A stretch of 63,130 nt of DNA, filler included, from Octopus bimaculoides (Eukaryota): NCBI RefSeq assembly GCF_001194135.2. It is 7 parts of 7 records of this genome, joined end to end, with 100 filler letters (N's around TTAATTAATTAA, not from the genome) between each part and the next. Parts side by side here need not be neighbours in the genome. Positions count along the whole stretch, not along the records: positions 56,371 to 63,130 come from NC_068981.1; 6 more parts are not named here. One strand, 5' to 3'. Shown one piece after another: positions 62,175-63,130 of the stretch. The stretch's first letter is position 1; each line of letters opens with the position of its first letter. A program made the translations under genes and the position numbers. The notes under the pieces were generated by a model. That model saw only the letters and a program-made list of their open reading frames with translations. It searched no databases and was not told the DNA's origin.

Positions 62175-62395
62175 TGTTGCTGCAATTTAGCCCAAGGTCA
62201 AATCTGGTCGAGCAAACCTATAACTAAAGCATTTCAACCGTGATCGTCCTGGCTTTTTTCTTTTTACCCCCTACGTATACTGGATTCCCATTGTTCGGCG
62301 TGACGTTTCTATTTTTATTTTTAAAGACAGCAGGCTCTGTTTTAAGGGAGATTTGGCTGCTATTTCTAGCAGGTCGAATGTGCCTTGTCGACTGC
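62175..62395 (-). mobile_element. Family D repeat, reverse orientation
   Basis: TTAAGGGAGATTTGGCTGCTATTTCTAGCAGGTCGA and TTTAGCCCAAGGTCAAATCTGGTCGAGCAAACCTAT. Confidence 0.7.
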
Positions 62396-62719
62396 TGCTG
62401 CTAGTGGGTTTATGAAAGGAAGTGCACCCCTCCCTCCCGTTCTCTCCTTCCTGTCTCTCCTCTACCATCCTCTGTTCCATGTCAACACTCACACCGTCGC
62501 CCTCCAACAATCAACTCTCTCCATTCTACTTTCATGTCTTAGGCCGCTGTTTGCTTTGCAGGAGGGAAGAGGAGGATAATTCATTTTATTGCTTTATAAA
62601 CTTCCTTTCACTTTGGCCTCCTTCACCTCCACATCCTCTCTCGCTTTCTCTCTCTCTCCTTTTTTCTTCCTTTCTCTCTTACGTCCTTTGTATCAGATTT
62701 TTATGTATGTAAATTTATC

Positions 62720-62885
62720 CATCCATCCATACATACATACATCCGTCCTTTCGTACGTCCATCCAACAATTGACCAAGTAATTCATCAATCCATCCGTCC
62801 ATCTATCCATTCGACCATCCGTCCGTCCGTCCGTCCGTTCGTCCGTCCGTCCGTCCGTCAGTCCCTCCATCCATCCATCCATCCA
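62720..62885. repeat. (TCCA)n/(TCCG)n microsatellite
   Basis: Direct reading. Confidence 0.9.
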
Positions 62886-63130
62886 GCTGTTATATGGACT
62901 GTTGGATGGACTGTTGGATTTGTGTTCGTCTGAAGTCCTGTGTCAATGTGGATCGTCTGAGTTCATTGTTTCATTGTCGTTGTCTTGTGTGACTGTCGTA
63001 GTAAAATGTCATTGATAGATATATGGCGGACATGATTCTTGTTTATTTATAACGAACATTGGGTGAGTGCGTTCTTTGTATGTAATTGAATAATAAATGT
63101 AATAATTAAATTGTACAACTCGTTATGTTT

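Noticed and set aside
1-63130. CRISPR arrays, operons, rRNA or intact tRNA genes
   Set aside because: The sequence is eukaryotic and repeat-rich. Recurrent units are SINEs separated by microsatellite tails rather than constant repeats with unique spacers, and all tRNA-like segments are SINE heads without a full cloverleaf.

Overview
This is eukaryotic, AT-rich, microsatellite-dense genomic DNA from a gapped draft assembly. The SINE repertoire (tRNA-head CORE-type, Meta-domain-type and tRNA-Arg-like SINEs) points to an octopod cephalopod, probably Octopus; this is inference from remembered repeat families. No host protein-coding gene can be called with confidence, and nearly all long ORFs in the track are microsatellite or N-gap artefacts. 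The supported content is a layered transposon landscape: a Helitron deletion derivative, a Helentron-like HINE, a complete but decayed Tc1, a mariner fragment, mariner, hAT and piggyBac MITEs, two Penelope-like (PLE) RT remnants (one with GIY-YIG), an RTE LINE with three C2H2 fingers, a Gypsy gag remnant and many SINEs, including a head-to-tail array of about 9-10 copies. Three signals stand out. First, three distinct minimal type I hammerhead-ribozyme motifs (plus a weak fourth) lie around the PLE RT/EN remnant at 41.9-48.6 kb. Second, a CpG-poor / CpG-rich / CpG-poor architecture at about 12-24.5 kb suggests an unannotated methylated gene body (or divergent pair) around an unmethylated promoter. 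Third, several long hairpins and inverted SINE pairs could be ADAR substrates.
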